Below, piece after piece: positions 30,092-39,628 of a DNA stretch of 64,000 nucleotides. The notes beneath the pieces are model-generated. The model ran no database searches and was not told the DNA's origin. It saw only the letters and a list, made by a program, of their open reading frames with translations. The translations under genes and the position numbers were made by a program. The stretch is from a bacterium (GTDB lineage Bacteria; UBA10199; 2-02-FULL-50-16; JAJFLM01). Within the stretch, counting starts at the first letter, position 1. Each line of letters starts with the position of its first letter. The stretch lies in NCBI GenBank assembly GCA_965216315.1, contig CBDCFN010000016.1, forward strand, positions 1,504,001-1,568,000, in the 5' to 3' direction.

Positions 30092-30862
30092 ATGCTGATA
30101 GGAGCTGTTCCCTACATCAATGCGATACCACTGCTGCGCGGGCTCAAGGACGACGTGCGCAAGGCCCCACCGGCAGTGCTCGATCGGCTCCTGCGACTCG
30201 GCGAAATTGATATCGCCACCGCGCCCGTCACCACCTTATTTGAAAATCCGGATTGGTATGCTTTACCCAAGGTCGCGATTGGAACCGAAGGCAGTGCCCG
30301 CAGCGTCTTACTCTGTACCCGTTCACCCGACATAGGCTTTGAAAATGTCCAATCCATTTACTTGGACATGGAATCCAGGACCTCCGCCCATCTGATCAAA
30401 GTTCTGCTCGCCCTTAAGTACGGCCGAAAGCTGGAAGAGCTCCAATTTATCACGCCCATTCCAACAGCGCAGGCGGAAGCCATGATGGTGATCGGCGATA
30501 AAGCCTTAATGGAACATGTAAATCCAAGCTGGCCTGGACAAGTTTTTGACCTTGGCAAGGAATGGACGGAGTGGACGCAACTCCCCTTCGTCTTCGCCTG
30601 TTGGACCTCACGCCGACCCATTATTGATTCGGATCTGGCCATACGCCTGCAACAGCAGCCGGCTCAAAACCTGCCTCAGCTGAATAATTGGATCAATGAG
30701 ATTGAAGACTTTGACAGAGAGCTCCTCACGGAGTACTTTACGGCAAACATGAACTACCGTTTTGAGGGGCGGGAGCAACAGGGCCTGATGACATTCCACC
30801 AGCAGCTTCGTGAGCTCAATCTGACCCGCCAGCCCTTCGAACTCCGTTTTATCGCGCAATAA
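30092..30862 (+). CDS. mqnA: Chorismate dehydratase (futalosine menaquinone pathway)
   Basis: IGAVPYINAIPL, SRTSAHL, IGDKAL, DLGKEW.EWT.LPFVFACW; adjacent to mqnC. Confidence 0.9.
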   Translation: MLIGAVPYINAIPLLRGLKDDVRKAPPAVLDRLLRLGEIDIATAPVTTLFENPDWYALPKVAIGTEGSARSVLLCTRSPDIGFENVQSIYLDMESRTSAHLIKVLLALKYGRKLEELQFITPIPTAQAEAMMVIGDKALMEHVNPSWPGQVFDLGKEWTEWTQLPFVFACWTSRRPIIDSDLAIRLQQQPAQNLPQLNNWINEIEDFDRELLTEYFTANMNYRFEGREQQGLMTFHQQLRELNLTRQPFELRFIAQ

Positions 30863-31954
30863 ATGAATGTAGCCACAATAATCAAAAAAGCCCGGGACCG
30901 CGAGCGCATCAGCCTTGATGAAGCTCGCATTCTTTACAACCAAGCTGACCTACTCAGCCTGGGAGAAATCGCCGGTGAAATCGCCCGCGAAAAAACCGGC
31001 AACGATGTTGGATTTATCATTGATCGCAACATCAACTACAGCAATGTCTGCGCAATCTCGTGTCAATTCTGCAATTTCTATCGCAAAAAAAATGATGATG
31101 ATGCGTATATAGTTGAGTTTGATGAACTCGACCAAAAAATCCAACAAACCATTGATCTGGGCGGCACGGGCATTTTGTTGCAAGGCGGACACCACCCGGA
31201 CCTAAAAATCGACTGGTATGAAACCTATTTTCTCCACATCCGCGAGTCTTTTCCGAATGTCCACTTGCACGCCCTTTCTCCCTCCGAAATTGAACATATT
31301 AGTCGGATTTCACGTATTTCGTTTAAAGAATGTGTTCAACGCCTCAAGGAGGCTGGACTGATGTCAATTCCCGGCGGTGGTGGTGAGATCCTCGTCGATC
31401 GTGTTCGCAAAGAAATTTCCGCCGGCAAGGTCTTGGCGGATGACTGGCTGGAGATCATGAAAATCGCTCATCGACTCGAAGTCCCCTCCTCCGCAACGAT
31501 GATGTTTGGTCATATCGAAACTATCGACGAACGACTTGAGCATCTCGACAAAGTCAGAGCGACACAAGATGAAACAGGCGGCTTCTATGCGTTCATCCCT
31601 TGGAATTTTCAGTCAGGCAACACGGAACTGAGTCGACTCCGTGATATCCAAGATGTTTCTTCACAGGAATATCTGCGCATGCTGGCTCTCGCGCGCATCT
31701 ACCTCGACAACATCAAAAATATCCAAGTATCTTGGCTCACTCAGGGCCTTAAAACCGCCGCTGTCGCCCTCCATTTCGGCGCCAATGACCTGGGGAGCTG
31801 CATGATTGAGGAAAATGTTATCAGTCAGGCGGGGGCCGCCTATAAAGCTAACGCCGACGCACTCAAACAAACTATTGAGGGAGCCGGTTTTCGTGCCCGG
31901 CAACGCAACACCTGCTATCAATTCCTTGATTCACTCCCAGCGAATGCCGCATAA
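30863..31954 (+). CDS. mqnC: Cyclic dehypoxanthinyl futalosine synthase (radical SAM)
   Basis: IDRNINYSNVCAISCQFCNF, LQGGHHP, SIPGGGGEIL, ATMMFGH.E, FGANDLGS.MIEENV. Confidence 0.9.
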   Translation: MNVATIIKKARDRERISLDEARILYNQADLLSLGEIAGEIAREKTGNDVGFIIDRNINYSNVCAISCQFCNFYRKKNDDDAYIVEFDELDQKIQQTIDLGGTGILLQGGHHPDLKIDWYETYFLHIRESFPNVHLHALSPSEIEHISRISRISFKECVQRLKEAGLMSIPGGGGEILVDRVRKEISAGKVLADDWLEIMKIAHRLEVPSSATMMFGHIETIDERLEHLDKVRATQDETGGFYAFIPWNFQSGNTELSRLRDIQDVSSQEYLRMLALARIYLDNIKNIQVSWLTQGLKTAAVALHFGANDLGSCMIEENVISQAGAAYKANADALKQTIEGAGFRARQRNTCYQFLDSLPANAA

Positions 31955-31956
31955 AT

Positions 31957-34263
31957 ATGAAATCATCGGCGACTAAGACGAAACCTCAAAGCAAATCAAA
32001 AGGCTTTATGGCGCGACAACGCAATGAAGCCATCAAGACACTCTCCGATATAGCACGACTGTTGCAAAGCCCTAAACGAGAAGACAATCCGCTTCAAAGC
32101 ATCACCCGCTTGGTCCGAAGATCAATGGATGCCGATGTGTGTTCCCTTTACTTACTACAGGATAACGAACTCCTATTAGTGGCAACAGATGGATTAGACC
32201 CCGGTGCCGTCGGACAGGTCAAAATGCCGCTCGATAAAGGGCTCACCGGCTTAATCGCGCAAAAAAGCAAGCCTGTCATTACTAATAACGCCCAAGCACA
32301 TCCGCGTTATGAATATTTCCCGGCAACGCGCGAAGAGCGCTTCAATTCATTCGCCGGTGTCCCTATCATCGATGGTGAAAAAATCGTGGGCGTCCTCAAT
32401 ATTCAATCAAAAAAAAGCGGCGAGTATTCTGAAGAAACAACCGACTTGTTGGCAGTTATTTCATTTCAGCTCTCGAACGTCATTCAGAACCTGGTCAATC
32501 TGGAAATATTCCGTCAAAAAAAACTTCCTAAGTATAAGGCTCAGACTAGTAAATTACAGGGATTAGGTACCTCACCGGGCATTACCGTCGGCTCTGCCGT
32601 CATCATTGAAAATGAATGGAATATGCTCGCACCGGCAAACAAAAAATCCGACCCGGAAGTAGAAAAAAAGCGCTTGAAAAAGGCCCTGCGTGACGCCTCT
32701 AATGACCTCAAAAAGCTGGAAGACCAACTGTTGAAAAAATTATCTCGTCAAGAGTCCGATATTTTCAATGCACACCGCCTAATTTTAAAAGATAAAAGTT
32801 TCCAACAAAGACTTGATAAAGAAATCAGCAAAAAAAGAAGTGCTGAAGTCGCTGTACTTAATGTGATGAACGAGTACGCGAAAACTTTTACTAAAATAGC
32901 CGACCCTTATATACGCGATCGCGTTGTTGACCTTGAGGACTTAGCCGAGCGCATTATCAATAAATTATCAGGTGATAAGCCGAAAAATGCCTTAGATCTC
33001 GAAGGCATCCTTATTGCCGAACGCCTCACGCCGTCTGAAACGGTAAGACTCAATCCGGATAAAATTAAAGGCATCGTCACGATGCACGGTGGGCAGGCCA
33101 GTCATGCCGCCATCCTCGCCCGCTCGTTGGGCATCCCCGCCATCATGGGCATTCCAGAAGCGGCATTCAAATACATCAAGCCCAACCAGCCGGTCATCGT
33201 CGATGGAAATTCAGGGGAGCTCTACATCAACCCGCCCAATGACGTTCTGCAAGAATATGAAAAGCTCCAACAACAGTATGCCAACCGGCTGATGAAATTA
33301 AACCCATTAGCGGATCAAGAAACCGTCACCAAAGACGGGCGCAAACTTCACCTTGATGCGAATGTCGGGCTTGTTGATAGTCTGCAGTACATTAAAAATT
33401 TCGGCGCCGAGGGAGTAGGGTTGTACAGGACAGAAATTCCCTTTATGGTCCGCGATGAACTACCCAATGAAAACCAGCAATACCGCGTCTATCGCCAAAT
33501 ACTGGAGGCCGCCAACGGTCTTCCCGTTACATTCAGAACACTTGATGCCGGCGGTGACAAGCCGGTCTCCTATCTCCATTTGGATGACGGCAATTCATTC
33601 TTAGGGTATCGCTCGATTCGACTGTGCTTATCCGAACCTAAAATCTTAAAAACCCAACTCAAAGCACTCTACAGGGCCGCAAGTCACGGACCCATGCGTA
33701 TCTTGTTTCCCATGATCAGCGGGCTCGAAGAACTTAGGGAAGTCAAACGATTGATCCACGAGGTCAAACGGGACCTGCGCAAACGTAAAGAAAAAATCAC
33801 GATACCCGACGTCCCGATTGGCATTATGATTGAGGTTCCCTCCGCCGTGCAGCTCGCGCACATTCTGATCAAAGAAGTCGATTTTTTCAGCATAGGAACG
33901 AACGATCTGATCCAGTTTACGTTGGCCGTCGACCGCAATAACGAAAAGGTGGCCGATTTTTTTGAGCCCTTTCACCCAGCCGTCATTCATTCGCTGTGGC
34001 AGGTCGTTCAGGCCGCACATAAAGAAGGCAAATGGGTCTCCATCTGTGGTGAAATGGCCGGCGATCCTAATTTAACCGCCCTGCTCGTCGGGTTGGGCTT
34101 TGACCGTCTCTCTATGATTCCCACGAATATTCCCGTAGTCAAACGGGCCATCCAGGGGCTTTATTACAAAAAACTCCTCAAAGACGTCAAAGATATACTC
34201 GAAATGCCCACGGCTCATGCCATCAAGCGACGCCTCAACCGCTACCAACCGAAAACAAGCTAA
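31957..34263 (+). CDS. ptsP: GAF-containing PEP-protein phosphotransferase (Enzyme I-Ntr)
   Basis: N-terminal GAF (DVCSLYL...LVATDGL), SHAAILARSLGIP phospho-His motif, GVGLYRTE, FRTLDAGGDK, SIGTNDL.Q, ICGEMAGD. Confidence 0.93.
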   Translation: MKSSATKTKPQSKSKGFMARQRNEAIKTLSDIARLLQSPKREDNPLQSITRLVRRSMDADVCSLYLLQDNELLLVATDGLDPGAVGQVKMPLDKGLTGLIAQKSKPVITNNAQAHPRYEYFPATREERFNSFAGVPIIDGEKIVGVLNIQSKKSGEYSEETTDLLAVISFQLSNVIQNLVNLEIFRQKKLPKYKAQTSKLQGLGTSPGITVGSAVIIENEWNMLAPANKKSDPEVEKKRLKKALRDASNDLKKLEDQLLKKLSRQESDIFNAHRLILKDKSFQQRLDKEISKKRSAEVAVLNVMNEYAKTFTKIADPYIRDRVVDLEDLAERIINKLSGDKPKNALDLEGILIAERLTPSETVRLNPDKIKGIVTMHGGQASHAAILARSLGIPAIMGIPEAAFKYIKPNQPVIVDGNSGELYINPPNDVLQEYEKLQQQYANRLMKLNPLADQETVTKDGRKLHLDANVGLVDSLQYIKNFGAEGVGLYRTEIPFMVRDELPNENQQYRVYRQILEAANGLPVTFRTLDAGGDKPVSYLHLDDGNSFLGYRSIRLCLSEPKILKTQLKALYRAASHGPMRILFPMISGLEELREVKRLIHEVKRDLRKRKEKITIPDVPIGIMIEVPSAVQLAHILIKEVDFFSIGTNDLIQFTLAVDRNNEKVADFFEPFHPAVIHSLWQVVQAAHKEGKWVSICGEMAGDPNLTALLVGLGFDRLSMIPTNIPVVKRAIQGLYYKKLLKDVKDILEMPTAHAIKRRLNRYQPKTS

Positions 34264-34265
34264 TA

Positions 34266-34292
34266 GCAACCTTTAGCCGCCGAGGCCGAAGA
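34266..34292 (+). promoter_or_regulatory. Sigma28-like promoter, copy 1
   Basis: GCAACCTT-N11-GCCGAAGA, ending 7 nt before the ATG at 34300. Confidence 0.7.
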
Positions 34293-34299
34293 TGTTCCC

Positions 34300-35961
34300 A
34301 TGTCCACGGTCATGGGAACAACACCGTTTATGTCAGCCAGCTTGCTTGCAAGTAGCCGTTTTCCTCAAATCACCTCACAACTTGATCATATTCAGCACCG
34401 CCAGTTGGGCGACAGCTTCTTAGGGCAGCTCAGCGACGCCGATATTTTTATCGCTGACATTTCCTGTTTGCGAAATGATCAGTGGCTGCATCGCATGGAC
34501 ATGGCCGGGTCTCTCAGCACGATCGAGAGGATCCTTGGCGAATTTAAAGGAACGACCTCTCATTCTCACCTTGCGGTTGTTCGTGAAAACGAGGTCCCCT
34601 CACCGGTCGCCCAACGCATTGTCACTGCGCGACCCGCATTGAAATCAAGCAACCGCGAATTCCACATCGAGGGCTATTTTCAACCTTTCGCGACGCAGAC
34701 GCTCGATGCCAATCGGCTGCAACCCGTAAAGGGGCTCACTCGCGACTCGAAGCTGTCATTCTATCCCCCTCCCTATGTGCCTCTCAATACACAGGACGAA
34801 TACAAGATTCTGCAAATGCTCGAGTACGCCGGCATCCACTACGAAACTCCGCGTTGCGATGCCGCTCGTTACGGTGTCACTGCATTTGATGCGGGACGTC
34901 GCTTTGTCTTCAAGACAAACCTAGACTTCATTACCTTCGACTGGGATCACACGCTCAGCAATTACCAGATCTTTGAAGAAATTGCCCCCATCATTCGCGC
35001 CAAGCTTTCCAAGCAAGAGCCACCGGAGGCCTTGGCTGAACGCCCCATGACCGCCCTCGAAGTGGCGCGCCCTTTTATGCAGGAATTGGTATTGGGCATG
35101 ATGGTCGGTTATGCTTTTAGGCAAGGACTAACTAATTTCCAGCAATGGGAGCAATACAAGCCACAAGTCGGTATTGTCACTCATACTTGGCCTGACCGTT
35201 TGGGCGTGCTCGCTGAACACTTCGTCCGTTTGTTACCGCTGATGGAGGGATTACTACCCGGAACACCTGGCGTCTATAACTGGATGACACATTCCGATGT
35301 CCGTTCGATCACCCACCTGCATCACTTCTTAAGTTACGCCGAAAGTCTGCTCCGCAAATTCGAACATGTCGGCCTGGAAGGACTGACAGAAACCGAACAA
35401 GCGGAATTGATGGGCTACATGGAAGACGGCAAGGCCCATTATCGAAAACCCTTGGGGACCTTGGCCATGCGCGGTTGGGAATTTTCCAGTCTGCTTCATT
35501 TTGACGACTCAACCAAGGTCATCAATGACTTAGTCGAACACGTACACGCCGAAGCCATCCGCGGCCTTTGGGTGCGCCAACCGCATTCAAAAAAACTTGA
35601 TGTCGGTGAGCTCAATAAAATCGTGCTCTCCTCACTCTGGCGTTCACGAGAGGCGGCACGCCTACGCGCCGCACGCAACCTGATTCGCGCCGAAGAACAG
35701 GGGTTCACCCTGCCGTATGTGCTCAGTGCCATGCAGATGTTCAGCGTCACGCGCCAAACCGACCAGTTGGCCTATCGCGCGCCCCTGCCCGCCGGTACGG
35801 TTTTCCGGCTCCATGAAACCCCGACCACCGTCGGTGAGTACTGGCGTTACTATGTGAACCCCACCAATCGCCTCAAGCAGCAGGTGCGCGCCGTGCGCAA
35901 AGCGGCCGGCGGTCTGCGCGCACTGCGGCATCAATATAAAGAAATCCGAAAAAAACCCTAA
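34300..35961 (+). CDS. Hypothetical protein with HAD-like motifs and Ser/Thr-rich leader
   Basis: FITFDWDHTL (DxDxT motif I), GIVTHT (possible motif II), LLHFDDS (motif IV-like); leader MSTVMGTTPFMSASLLASS. Confidence 0.6.
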   Translation: MSTVMGTTPFMSASLLASSRFPQITSQLDHIQHRQLGDSFLGQLSDADIFIADISCLRNDQWLHRMDMAGSLSTIERILGEFKGTTSHSHLAVVRENEVPSPVAQRIVTARPALKSSNREFHIEGYFQPFATQTLDANRLQPVKGLTRDSKLSFYPPPYVPLNTQDEYKILQMLEYAGIHYETPRCDAARYGVTAFDAGRRFVFKTNLDFITFDWDHTLSNYQIFEEIAPIIRAKLSKQEPPEALAERPMTALEVARPFMQELVLGMMVGYAFRQGLTNFQQWEQYKPQVGIVTHTWPDRLGVLAEHFVRLLPLMEGLLPGTPGVYNWMTHSDVRSITHLHHFLSYAESLLRKFEHVGLEGLTETEQAELMGYMEDGKAHYRKPLGTLAMRGWEFSSLLHFDDSTKVINDLVEHVHAEAIRGLWVRQPHSKKLDVGELNKIVLSSLWRSREAARLRAARNLIRAEEQGFTLPYVLSAMQMFSVTRQTDQLAYRAPLPAGTVFRLHETPTTVGEYWRYYVNPTNRLKQQVRAVRKAAGGLRALRHQYKEIRKKP

Positions 35962-36019
35962 AAAACAGGTTTTTCGGCCCCATTTTTAACTTATCGCAAG
36001 AGAATTCCTCAGTTTTTAC

Positions 36020-36046
36020 GCAACATTAGCCCATTCAGCGCGAGAA
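36020..36046 (+). promoter_or_regulatory. Sigma28-like promoter, copy 2 (weaker -10)
   Basis: GCAACATT-N11-CGCGAGAA, upstream of 36099. Confidence 0.5.
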
Positions 36047-36098
36047 TGCCCTTAAGTGGAGTCATATGACTCCGTAGTGGTGTAACTGAGGGAGATTT

Positions 36099-36923
36099 AT
36101 GGCATTTTTAGCGGCATCGACGATGACCAGTCAGTTGGGGCTCACCTCCGTCTTGGCGAGTTCAAATCTGACCAACAGCGCGCTTCCGGTCGCCGTTACG
36201 ACCGCCGCAGCCACCACAGTGGCGCCTGCCATTGCTTCAGCGCAACCCTTTACACCGCCACCGGATCCCGCACAGCGACCGAGTGCTGAAGACACGCCTC
36301 CGATCGATGAAATTTTTGGCGATGCCGCGAATAACGGTCTGGGCGACATTCCCGTAACAGAACTCAATAACCCGGATCAGACCTGGCCGATTCTTATCGC
36401 GGCGGCAAGCTTTAGCGTCCCGTTAACACGGCTCGCTCTCGGCGTCTTCCGCCCCCTCCTCCCCAAGTCCTGGAAGACCGCCGATCAATCACTGGCCGCT
36501 GAAGGAGCCCTGCACAGCGCCAATCATTTTGTCAGCCGTGTCGCTAATTCGACGGTCGGCAGCATCGCGGCGCATGCGCGCAACCTCGGAGCGGCCATCT
36601 ACGTGGGCCACTCGCTTTCACATGATGCGCTTCGTCTCTTCCCCGAACAATACTGGCCGGAACTTTTGATCGTCTTCGGGATCGGAACGAGCCTGATCAC
36701 CCGCTTTAGTGCCTGGCGCCGGGCGCGCAAACTCAAGAAGGCGGGCGTGCCGGCCGAAGAAATCGCCGCCATGCGACAGCATGCCCTCGGTTTCATGCCG
36801 AAACGCATGCCAAAACCCAAGCAACTGCAAGCATCAAGTAATACCGTCACGGAAACAGCGACGGATATCGAAGCAGCAACAGTTACAACAACAGATACGG
36901 AGCCACCTGAAGGAACAGCCTGA
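36099..36923 (+). CDS. Hypothetical membrane protein with Ser/Thr-rich leader
   Basis: GGGAGA SD; leader MAFLAASTMTSQLGLTSVLASS; Pro-rich linker; hydrophobic segments. Confidence 0.65.
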   Translation: MAFLAASTMTSQLGLTSVLASSNLTNSALPVAVTTAAATTVAPAIASAQPFTPPPDPAQRPSAEDTPPIDEIFGDAANNGLGDIPVTELNNPDQTWPILIAAASFSVPLTRLALGVFRPLLPKSWKTADQSLAAEGALHSANHFVSRVANSTVGSIAAHARNLGAAIYVGHSLSHDALRLFPEQYWPELLIVFGIGTSLITRFSAWRRARKLKKAGVPAEEIAAMRQHALGFMPKRMPKPKQLQASSNTVTETATDIEAATVTTTDTEPPEGTA

Positions 36924-39550
36924 TGACACTGCCACTCGGGACGACGACAAACACACTGCTCACGTCTAACTTTCTCGGGCTTGCGGCCTCCGCACCGCTC
37001 TTAAACAATTCATTAACGGGTAACGCGCCGACCACTGACAATCAAACTCTGCTGGATGACAGCAGTGCTTATCAGGACCCCACCACATCCAGTCCGCTGA
37101 CCGAGACCTCACTGACTGCGGCCGCAGCGGTTTTCGGGCCCGAACCGCCCATCGCCGAAGTGAATCCGACAGCCACGATTGAAGAAGACCTTGAAAGCGC
37201 CGCCCGCACCAATCCGAGAGGATCATTGGCGTTATTGGCTGCCTTAGCGACCGTCACGACCCTCGCGGTTCCCGGCACGGCCTTTGCCCAAGACGGGGTC
37301 ATGGAAGCCTCCGGAACCAGTACCTACGACCCGACAACGCATCTGATCGTCTTGGCCGCCCTTTTTTCAATTCCCATCTTACGAGGAACCGTTCAGGTCG
37401 CACGTCAGGTATATCAATGGTTTAAAGAAACTTTCGGGGAAGCTCCGGTCTCTGCGCGTGCGCCCAAAACCGGTCCTCCGGCTGCGGAAGAAACCACCCC
37501 CGCCGAACCCTCTGAACAACCTGATTATCTCTATCCGCAGCCATTTGAAGCGATCAATCAGGTGACGGGCAAGGCCGAACGCGTTTTTTCTACCGTAAGA
37601 GATGCATCCATACCGCTAATGATTCAAAAAGACCTCTATTTTCCCCTCATCGGCGGTGCCTCGTTTTTCTTAACCGGCGGCTTTGATCGACCCTTGTGGG
37701 CCTTGGCCATCGATGCTTCAGCGATGGGACTGGCCTACCTCAATCGCTGGTATCAACTTCGCAAAGTTGACCGGCCGCTCATCGAAGCCGTCAAAGAAAA
37801 ACCTTTGACCTCGGATGCCTTCAAAAAACATTTGGAACGTCCACTCGGCGTCCTCGGACCACCCGTGCCGACGGTCGAAGAGTTTCATGAAGACGAATTT
37901 TTTCGCCTCAATAAGCGACTTTTTGATGGAGAACCGACACGCAGTCGTTTGAGAAGCTATTTCGCGCTTAAAGACATCCTCCAAGCCGCTTTTTTACTCG
38001 TAACTCAAATCAATGATCGAACCGGCTCGGCAACGCTCTTAAAAGAAATGTGGCGTTACGCGCTGAACTCGGAAATTTTACCGGCCGATGAAGATAATTT
38101 AGAGGCCGCACATGCCATTGCCCGCCAATGGGCCATCCAAAGTTCCGCCCGCATGCGCGCTAACCTCTCGTTTGATGGCATCGAACAGCTGACAACGATC
38201 CCCGAAGGCGCCCCCGTCATCATGATCGGAAATCACGATTCTTCAATGTGGCCTTCTTTTTGGGCGGCCTTTTTAATGCGACTCAGTGACGGACGTGACA
38301 TTCACGGTCGACCGATTGCAGACATCAGCAATTTTGCATTGGCACCCTGGATGCGTTTGAGTCCCTTATCAGTGCTCGGTATCGCCCTCCAGAAACTCGG
38401 CCTCATCTACGTCCCGCGCAAATCAAAACCCAAAAAGCGCAAACTATGGAAACGTATTCTAATTAATTGGAACCCGCTTCTTCTCCCGCTTAGGGGCCTC
38501 TACCACGGCGGGGTTTGGGCGCTCACCAGACTAGGGCTCCTTGAGAAGGCGCACTTCGATTGGCCTAAGGATCTCGTCGACAAGGCAAAGATGGGTATCT
38601 ATCCCTTAGGGTATCCGGCCGGCGGCCGTGAACCCGCCTGCTATAATGAAGCGGGCGAAGTGATTCAATCAAGCCCGCTGGCCAACGTCCTCAGCACCAA
38701 GAACCCCCATTATTTCATCGCCCGCGGTATTGCCGAGCAAGCCGTCGAAATTGCGAGCCAAAACGGCGGTCAAACCGTCTATGCTCCGTATATCTACACG
38801 AACGGCGCCTATCGCGTCGCCCACAAGCAGAAGAAAGGCTTTGGCGCCTTTGTTGAACCGATTACAACCGATCAGGACGTGAATTATAGCGTTCAAGGCA
38901 TTGATCAAGTTCAACCTAACGAATCGGCAGATGCCGTATCAACGCGTTGGGAGAAACTGTCTATCGAGGCGACGGGTACAGAACAGGTCCTGCAAGAACA
39001 GGTTCTCGACTGGCTCCAACGATATCGGCGCGACGATGCCCGCCGTCTGCATGATGTGTTTATCGCGCAGGCAAGCGGGCAAATGGCCGCACGTGACGCC
39101 TCCGTCGAAGCTGCCAAAGGCAACTATCCCATCCATTATCTCATTGCCGCACGCATTACCGCTATTCGACCGGGTCTTCCGAATAACGATCGTCGCGTCT
39201 TTCAAGATCGTTTCTTCGACCTGCTAAATAACCAAGTAGACCACAGCAAAATGCAGGAAATGATCGAACAACTGAATCATGCTAACTTGGAGCATCTCCT
39301 GATTACGCTCAATGACGAAGTCCTGCAAAATCATTTAGCTTACAGGGAAAGAATGCGCTTGCGCCGCTGGCTGGGTGAGATGAATAATCAAGATTCTCGA
39401 GAGGCCTTGTTGGCGGATGAATCACGTGCGACATTGCGTGAGATGATGAATTCATTCAACGCGCAAGCCTGTCACCGTTTTGCGTTACTGACGCTCTTGA
39501 GGGATATCTCGATTCGGGTCAAACAGGTTGAATATAAGGCCGCGGCGTAA
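36923..39550 (+). CDS. Large membrane protein with divergent lysophospholipid acyltransferase-like domain
   Basis: TGATG coupling to the upstream gene; GIEQL..IP...PVIMIGNHDS, LGLIYVPR and YPAGGR resemble PlsC blocks I-III, but the HxxxxD Asp is replaced by Trp. Confidence 0.55.
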   Translation: MTLPLGTTTNTLLTSNFLGLAASAPLLNNSLTGNAPTTDNQTLLDDSSAYQDPTTSSPLTETSLTAAAAVFGPEPPIAEVNPTATIEEDLESAARTNPRGSLALLAALATVTTLAVPGTAFAQDGVMEASGTSTYDPTTHLIVLAALFSIPILRGTVQVARQVYQWFKETFGEAPVSARAPKTGPPAAEETTPAEPSEQPDYLYPQPFEAINQVTGKAERVFSTVRDASIPLMIQKDLYFPLIGGASFFLTGGFDRPLWALAIDASAMGLAYLNRWYQLRKVDRPLIEAVKEKPLTSDAFKKHLERPLGVLGPPVPTVEEFHEDEFFRLNKRLFDGEPTRSRLRSYFALKDILQAAFLLVTQINDRTGSATLLKEMWRYALNSEILPADEDNLEAAHAIARQWAIQSSARMRANLSFDGIEQLTTIPEGAPVIMIGNHDSSMWPSFWAAFLMRLSDGRDIHGRPIADISNFALAPWMRLSPLSVLGIALQKLGLIYVPRKSKPKKRKLWKRILINWNPLLLPLRGLYHGGVWALTRLGLLEKAHFDWPKDLVDKAKMGIYPLGYPAGGREPACYNEAGEVIQSSPLANVLSTKNPHYFIARGIAEQAVEIASQNGGQTVYAPYIYTNGAYRVAHKQKKGFGAFVEPITTDQDVNYSVQGIDQVQPNESADAVSTRWEKLSIEATGTEQVLQEQVLDWLQRYRRDDARRLHDVFIAQASGQMAARDASVEAAKGNYPIHYLIAARITAIRPGLPNNDRRVFQDRFFDLLNNQVDHSKMQEMIEQLNHANLEHLLITLNDEVLQNHLAYRERMRLRRWLGEMNNQDSREALLADESRATLREMMNSFNAQACHRFALLTLLRDISIRVKQVEYKAAA

Positions 39551-39590
39551 AATTGGCCTAATTTTTCGCAAATTTTCGCAAGGTCGCCGA

Positions 39591-39617
39591 GCAACTTTAT
39601 TCAGGGACTGCCGATGC
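39591..39617 (+). promoter_or_regulatory. Sigma28-like promoter, copy 3
   Basis: GCAACTTT-N11-GCCGATGC, ending 11 nt before the ATG at 39629. Confidence 0.75.
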
Positions 39618-39628
39618 TGCAGTGAATT

